DNA of 64,000 nucleotides from Eledone cirrhosa (taxonomy: Eukaryota). Location: positions 431,830,001 through 431,894,000 of the forward strand of contig OZ024740.1 of NCBI GenBank assembly GCA_964016885.1, given 5' to 3'. Below the pieces are notes generated by a model that saw nothing but the letters and a program-made list of their open reading frames with translations, was not told the DNA's origin and ran no database searches. Below are positions 55,001 to 64,000 of the stretch, one piece after another. How positions within the stretch are numbered: position 1 is the first letter of the stretch; each line of letters opens with the position of its first letter. Both the position numbers and the translations under genes were made by a program.

Positions 55001-58000
55001 AAAGATAAACACGTGATAGTACCAGAGATATACTAGTTAAAGATGGACACCTGATAGTAGCACATATATACTAGTTAAAGATGAACACCTCATATACTAG
55101 TTAAATATGAAAACCTGATAGTACCACAAATATACTAGTTAAAAATGAACACCGGATATTACCACAGATATACTAGTTAAAGATGTACCACAGATATACT
55201 AGTTAAAGATGTACACCTGACAGTACCACAGATATACTAGTTAAAGATGAACACCTGATAGGACCACAGATATACTGGTTAAAGATGAACACCTGATGGT
55301 ACGACAGATATACTAGTTAAAGATAAAAACCTGATATACTAGTTAAAGATGAACACCTGATAGTACCACAGATATACTAGTTAAAGATGAACGCCTGATA
55401 GTATCACAGATATACTAGTTAAAGATGAACACCTGATAGTACGAGAGATATACTAGTTAAAGATAAACACCTGATAGTCCCAGATATACTAGTTAAATAT
55501 CAAAACCTGATAGTACCACAGATATACTAGTTAAAGATGAACACCTGATAGTACCACATATACTAGTTAAAGATAAACACCTGATAGTACCACAGATATA
55601 CTAGTTAAAGATGAACACTTCATATACTAGTTAAAGATAAACACCTGATAGTACCACAGATATACTAGTTAATGATGAACACCTGATAGTACCACAGATA
55701 TACTAGTTAAAGATAAACACCTCATATCCTAGTTAAAGATGAACGCCTGATAGTACCACAGATATACTAGTTAAAGATAAACACGTGATAGTACCACAGA
55801 TATACTAGTTAAAGATGAATGCCTGATAGTACCACAGATATACTAGTTAAAGATGAACACCTCATATCCTAGTTAAAGATGAACGCCTGATAGTACCACA
55901 GATATACTAGTTAAAGATGAACACCTGATAGTACCACAGATATACTAGTTAAAGATAAACACCTGATAATACCATAGATATACTAGTTAAAGATGAACAC
56001 CTGATAGTACCACAGATATACTAGTTAAAGATGAACACCTCATATACTAGTTAAACATGAAAACCTGATAGTACCACAAATATACTAGTTAAAAATGAAC
56101 ACCGGATATTACCATAGATATACTGGTTAAAGATGTACCACAGATATACTAGTTAAAGATGAACACCTGACAGTACCACAGATATACTAGTTAAAGACGA
56201 ACACCTGATATACTAGTTAAAGATGAACACCTGACAGTACCACAGATATACTGGTTAAAGATAAACACGTGATAGCACCAGAGATATACTAGTTAAAGAT
56301 AAACACCTGATAGTAGCACAGATATACTAGTTAAAGATGAACACCTGATAGTACGACAGATATACTAGTTAAAGATGAACACCTGATAGTACGACAGATA
56401 TACTAGTTAAAGATAAACACCTGATAGTACGACAGATATACTAGTTAAAGATAAACACCTGATAGTACGACAGATATACTAGTTAAAGATAAACACCTGA
56501 TAGTACGACAGATATACTAGTTAAAGATAAACACCTGATAGTCCCACAGATATACTAGTTAAAGATCAACACCTGATAGTACCACACATACTAGTTAAAG
56601 ATGAACACCTGATAGTACCACAGATATACTAGTTAAAGATGAACACCAGATAAACTAGTTAAAGATGAACACCTGATAATACCACAGATATACTAGTTAA
56701 AGATGAACACCTGATAGTACCACAGATATACTAGTTAAAGATGAACGCCTGATAGTACCACAGATATACTAGTTAAAGATAAACACCTGATAGTACCACA
56801 GATATACTAGTTAAAGATAAACACGTGATAGTACCAGAGATATACTAGTTAAAGATGGACACCTGATAGTAGCACATATATACTAGTTAAAGATGAACAC
56901 CTCATATACTAGTTAAATATGAAAACCAGATAGTACCACAAATATACTAGTTAAAAATGAACACCGGATATTACCACAGATATACTAGTTAAAGATGTAC
57001 CACAGATATACTAGTTAAAGATGAACACCTGACAGTACCACAGATATACTAGTTAAAGATGAACACCTGATAGGACCAGAGATATACTGGTTAAAGATGA
57101 ACACCTGATGGTACGACAGATATACTAGTTAAAGATGAACACCTGATAGTACCACAGATATACTAGTTAAAGATGAACACCTGATAGTACAACAGATATA
57201 CTAGTTAAAGATGAACGCCTGATAGTATCACAGATATACTAGTTAAAGATGAACACCTCATATACTAGTTAAAGATAAACACCTGATAGTCCCAGATATA
57301 CTAGTTAAATATCAAAATCTGATAGTACCACAGATATACTAGTTAAAGATAAACACCTGATAGTACCACATATACTAGTTAAAGATAAACACCTGATAGT
57401 ACCACAGATATACTAGTTAAAGATGAACACCTCATATACTAGTTAAAGATAAACACCTGATAGTACCACAGATATACTAGTTAATGATGAACACCTGATA
57501 GTACCACAGATATACTAGTTAAAGATAAACACCTCATATCCTAGTTAAAGATGAACGCCTGATAGTACCACAGATATACTAGTTAAAGATAAACACGTGA
57601 TAGTACCACAGATATACTAGTTAAAGATGAATGCCTGATAGTACCACAGATATACTAGTTAAAGATAAACACCTGATAGTACGACATATACTAGTTAAAG
57701 ATAAACACCTGATAGTACCACAGATATACTAGTTAAAGATGAAAACCTGATAGTACGACAGATATACTAGTTAAAGATAAACACGTGATAGTACCACAGA
57801 TATACTAGTTAGAGATGAAAACCTGATAGTACCACATATACTAGTTAAAGATGAACACCTCATATACTAGTTAAAGATGAACATCTGATAGTACCACAGA
57901 TATACTAGTTAAAGATGAACACCTGATAGTAATCACAGATATACTAGTTACAGATGAACACCTCATATACTAGTTAAAGATAAACACCTGATAGTCCCAC

Positions 58001-61000
58001 AGATATACTAGTTAAAGATGAACACCTCATATACTAGTTAAAGATAAACACCTGATAGTACCACAGATATACTAGTTAAAGATAAACACGTGATAGTACC
58101 ACAGATATACTAGTTAGAGATGAAAACCTGATAGTACCACATATACTAGTTAAAGATAAACACCTGATAGTCCCACAGATATACTAGTTAAAGATGAACA
58201 CCTCATATACTAGTTAAAGATGAACACCTGATAATACCACAGATATACTAGTTAAAGATGAACACCTGATAGTACCACAGATATACTAGTTAAAGATGAA
58301 CGCCTGATAGTACCACAGATATACTAGTTAAAGATGAACACCTGATAGTACCATAGATATACTAGTTAAAGATGAACACCTGATAGTACCACAGATATAC
58401 TAGTTAAAGATAAACACCTGATAGTACCACAGATATACTAGTTAAAGATAAACACGTGATAGTACCAGAGATATACTAGTTAAAGATGGACACCTGATAG
58501 TAGCACATATATACTAGTTAAAGATGAACACCTCATATACTAGTTAAATATGAAAACCTGATAGTACCACAAATATACTAGTTAAAAATGAACACCGGAT
58601 ATTACCACAGATATACTAGTTAAAGATGTACCACAGATATACTAGTTAAAGATGAACACCTGACAGTACCACAGATATACTAGTTAAAGATGAACACCTG
58701 ATAGGACCACAGATATACTGGTTAAAGATGAACACCTGATGGTACCACAGATATACTAGTTAAAGATGAACACCTGATAGTACCACAGATATACTAGTTA
58801 AAGATGAACGCCTGATAGTATCACAGATATACTAGTTAAAGATGAACACCTGATAGTACCACATATACTAGTTAAAGATAAACACCTGATAGTACCACAA
58901 ATATACTAGTTAAAGATGAACACCTCATATACTAGTTAAAAATAAACACCTGATAGTACCACAGATATACTAGTTAAAGATAAACACCTCATATCCTAGT
59001 TAAAGATGAACGCCTGATAGTACCACAGATATACTAGTTAAAGATAAACACGTGATAGTACCACAGATATACTAGTTAAAGATGAATGCCTGATAGTACC
59101 ACAGATATACTAGTTAAAGATAAACACCTGATAGTACCACAGATATACTAGTTAAAGATGAAAACCTGATAGTACGACATATATACTAGTTAAAGATAAA
59201 CACGTGATAGTACCACAGATATACTAGTTAGAGATGAAAACCTGATAGTACCACATATACTAGTTAAAGATAAACACCTGATAGTCCCACAGATATACTA
59301 GTTAAAGATGAACACCTCATATACTAGTTAAAGATAAACACCTGATAGTACCACAGATATACTAGTTAAAGATAAACACATGATAGTACCACAGATATAC
59401 TAGTTAGAGATGAAAACCTGATAGTACCACATATACTAGTTAAAGATAAACACCTGATAGTCCCACAGATATACTAGTTAAAGATGAACACCTCATATAC
59501 TAGTTAAAGATAAACACCTGATAGTACCACAGATATACTAGTTAAAGATGAATGCCTGATAGTACCACAGATTTACTAGTTAAAGATGAACACCTCATAT
59601 CCTAGTTAAAGATGAACATCTGATAGTACCACAGATATACTAGTTAAAGATGAACACCTGATAGTAATCACAGATATACTAGTTAAAGATGAACACCTGA
59701 TAGTATCACAGATATACTAGTTAAAGATGAACACCTGATACTACCACAGAGATACTAGTTAAAGATGAACACCAGATAAACAAGTTAAAGATAAACGCCT
59801 GATAGTACCACAGATATACTAGTTAAAGATCAACACCTGATAGTACCACACATACTAGTTAAAGATGAACACCTGATAGTACCACAGATATACTAGTTAA
59901 AGATGAACACCAGATAAACTAGTTAAAGATGAACACCTGATAATACGACAGATATACTAGTTAAAGATGAACACCTGATAGTACCACAGATATACTAGTT
60001 AAAGATGAACGCCTGATAGTACCACAGATATACTAGTTAAAGATGAACACCTGATAGTACCATAGATATACTAGTTAAAGATGAACACCGGATAGTACCA
60101 CAGATATACTAGTTAAAGATAAACACGTGATAGTACCAGAGATATACTAGTTAAAGATGGACACCTGATAGTAGCACATATATACTAGTTAAAGATGAAC
60201 ACCTCATATACTAGTTAAATATGAAAACCTGATAGTACCACAAATATACTAGTTAAAAATGAACACCGGATATTACCACAGATATACTAGTTAAAGATGT
60301 ACCACAGATATACTAGTTAAAGATGAACACCTGACAGTACCACAGATATACTAGTTAAAGATGAACACCTGATAGGACCACAGATATACTGGTTAAAGAT
60401 GAACACCTGATGGTACGACAGATATACTAGTTAAAGATAAAAACCTGATATACTAGTTAAAGATGAACACCTGATAGTACCACAGATATACTAGTTAAAG
60501 ATGAACGCCTGATAGTATCACAGATATACTAGTTAAAGATGAACACCTGATAGTACGACAGATATACTAGTTAAAGATAAACACCTGATAGTCCCAGATA
60601 TACTAGTTAAATATCAAAACCTGATAGTACCACAGATATACTAGTTAAAGATGAACACCTGATAGTCCCACATATACTAGTTAAAGATAAACACCTGATA
60701 GTACCACAGATATACTAGTTAAAGATGAACACCTCATATACTAGTTAAAGATAAACACCTGATAGTACCACAGATATACTAGTTAATGATGAACACCTGA
60801 TAGTACCACAGATATACTAGTTAAAGATAAACACCTCATATCCTAGTTAAAGATGAACGCCTGATAGTACCACAGATATACTAGTTAAAGATGAACACCA
60901 GATAAACTAGTTAAAGATGAACACCTGATAATACCACAGATATACTAGTTAAAGATGAACACCTGATAGTACCACAGATATACTAGTTAAAGATGAACGC

Positions 61001-64000
61001 CTGATAGTACCACAGATATACTAGTTAAAGATAAACACCTGATAGTACCACAGATATACTAGTTAAAGATAAACACGTGATAGTACCAGAGATATACTAG
61101 TTAAAGATGGACACCTGATAGTAGCACATATATACTAGTTAAAGATGAACACCTCATATACTAGTTAAATATGAAAACCAGATAGTACCACAAATATACT
61201 AGTTAAAAATGAACACCGGATATTACCACAGATATACTAGTTAAAGATGTACCACAGATATACTAGTTAAAGATGAACACCTGACAGTACCACAGATATA
61301 CTAGTTAAAGATGAACACCTGATAGGACCAGAGATATACTGGTTAAAGATGAACACCTGATGGTACGACAGATATACTAGTTAAAGATGAACACCTGATA
61401 GTACCACAGATATACTAGTTAAAGATGAACACCTGATAGTACCACAGATATACTAGTTAAAGATGAACGCCTGATAGTATCACAGATATACTAGTTAAAG
61501 ATGAACACCTGATAGTACGACAGATATACTAGTTAAAGATAAACACCTGATAGTACCACAGATATACTAGTTAAAGATGAACACCTCATATACTAGTTAA
61601 AGATAAACACCTGATAGTCCCAGATATACTAGTTAAATATCAAAATCTGATAGTACCACAGATATACTAGTTAAAGATAAACACCTGATAGTACCACATA
61701 TACTAGTTAAAGATAAACACCTGATAGTACCACAGATATACTAGTTAAAGATGAACACCTCATATACTAGTTAAAGATAAACACCTGATAGTACCACAGA
61801 TATACTAGTTAATGATGAACACCTGATAGTACCACAGATATACTAATTAAAGATAAACACCTCATATCCTAGTTAAAGATGAACGCCTGATAGTACCACA
61901 GATATACTAGTTAAAGATAAACACGTGATAGTACCACAGATATACTAGTTAAAGATGAATGCCTGATAGTACCACAGATATACTAGTTAAAGATAAACAC
62001 CTGATAGTACGACATATACTAGTTAAAGATAAACACCTGATAGTACCACAGATATACTAGTTAAAGATGAAAACCTGATAGTACGACAGATATACTAGTT
62101 AAAGATAAACACGTGATAGTACCACAGATATACTAGTTAGAGATGAAAACCTGATAGTACCACATATACTAGTTAAAGATGAACACCTCATATACTAGTT
62201 AAAGATGAACATCTGATAGTACCACAGATATACTAGTTAAAGATGAACACCTGATAGTAATCACAGATATACTAGTTACAGATGAACACCTCATATACTA
62301 GTTAAAGATAAACACCTGATAGTCCCACAGATATACTAGTTAAAGATGAACACCTCTTATACTAGTTAAAGATAAACACCTGATAGTACCACAGATATAC
62401 TAGTTAAAGATAAACACGTGATAGTACCACAGATATACTAGTTAGAGATGAAAACCTGATAGTACCACATATACTAGTTAAAGATAAACACCTGATAGTC
62501 CCACAGATATACTAGTTAAAGATGAACACCTCATATACTAGTTAAAGATGAACACCTGATAATACCACAGATATACTAGTTAAAGATGAACACCTGATAG
62601 TACCACAGATATACTAGTTAAAGATGAACGCCTGATAGTACCACAGATATACTAGTTAAAGATGAACACCTGATAGTACCATAGATATACTAGTTAAAGA
62701 TGAACACCTGATAGTACCACAGATATACTAGTTAAAGATAAACACCTGATAGTACCACAGATATACTAGTTAAAGATAAACACGTGATAGTACCAGAGAT
62801 ATACTAGTTAAAGATGGACACCTGATAGTAGCACATATATACTAGTTAAAGATGAACACCTCATATACTAGTTAAATATGAAAACCTGATAGTACCACAA
62901 ATATACTAGTTAAAAATGAACACCGGATATTACCACAGATATACTAGTTAAAGATGTACCACAGATATACTAGTTAAAGATGAACACCTGACAGTACCAC
63001 AGATATACTAGTTAAAGATGAACACCTGATAGGACCACAGATATACTGGTTAAAGATGAACACCTGATGGTACCACAGATATACTAGTTAAAGATGAACA
63101 CCTGATAGTACCACAGATATACTAGTTAAAGATGAACGCCTGATAGTATCACAGATATACTAGTTAAAGATGAACACCTGATAGTACCACATATACTAGT
63201 TAAAGATAAACACCTGATAGTACCACAAATATACTAGTTAAAGATGAACACCTCATATACTAGTTAAAGATAAACACCTGATAGTACCACAGATATACTA
63301 GTTAAAGATAAACACCTCATATCCTAGTTAAAGATGAACGCCTGATAGTACCACAGATATACTAGTTAAAGATAAACACGTGATAGTACCACAGATATAC
63401 TAGTTAAAGATGAATGCCTGATAGTACCACAGATATACTAGTTAAAGATAAACACCTGATAGTACCACAGATATACTAGTTAAAGATGAAAACCTGATAG
63501 TACGACATATATACTAGTTAAAGATAAACACGTGATAGTACCACAGATATACTAGTTAGAGATGAAAACCTGATAGTACCACATATACTAGTTAAAGATA
63601 AACACCTGATAGTCCCACAGATATACTAGTTAAAGATGAACACCTCATATACTAGTTAAAGATAAACACCTGATAGTACCACAGATATACTAGTTAAAGA
63701 TGAACACCTCATATACTAGTTAAAGATAAACACCTGATAGTACCACAGATATACTAGTTAAAGATAAACACGTGATAGTACCACAGATATACTAGTTAAA
63801 GATGAATGCCTGATAGTACCACAGATTTACTAGTTAAAGATGAACACCTCATATCCTAGTTAAAGATGAACATCTGATAGTACCACAGATATACTAGTTA
63901 AAGATGAACACCTGATAGTAATCACAGATATACTAGTTAAAGATGAACACCTCATATACTAGTTAAAGATAAACACCTGATAGTCCCACAGATATACTAG
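31036..64000 (+). repeat. Satellite D: 38-bp unit tactagttaaagatgaacacctgatagtaccacagata with 26-39-bp variants and higher-order repeats; continues past the window end
   Basis: At least 33-kb uninterrupted array of roughly 900 units, with a near-invariant core atactagttaaagat. Confidence 0.98.

Noticed and set aside
31036-64000. CRISPR-like look (constant atactagttaaagat core alternating with variable segments)
   Set aside because: The variable parts are point or deletion variants of one sequence and recur in blocks. There are no unique spacers and no cas genes, and the context is eukaryotic.

Overview
AT-rich, repeat-dominated animal genomic DNA. It is most likely cephalopod (Octopus-like SINE and RTE families, recognised from memory and not by search). 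About 85% of the window is four tandem satellites: A (25-bp AT-rich unit, 2.06-5.9 kb), B (25/26-bp unit, 5.9-14.1 kb), C (27/32-bp unit, 14.4-24.8 kb) and D (38-bp unit with nested higher-order repeats, 31.0 kb to the end). Satellites A and B plus a unique 49-bp linker form a large fold-back (inverted duplication) centred at about 7131. A young, GC-rich, 5'-truncated L1/Tx1-type LINE with a 9-bp target-site duplication sits in its right arm. A 200-N assembly gap lies at 14193-14392. The unique DNA holds spliced exons that the ORF track misses: the last two coding exons of an ENTR1/SDCCAG3 homologue (+, 25555-25691 and 27365-27470), two probable terminal exons of an unidentified minus-strand gene (1866-2054 and 309-355) and a weak third candidate gene (28.9-30.4 kb). 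It also holds tRNA-derived SINEs and RTE-LINE 3' fragments. There is no CRISPR array or prokaryotic system. All counts and periods were read by eye from the coordinates.
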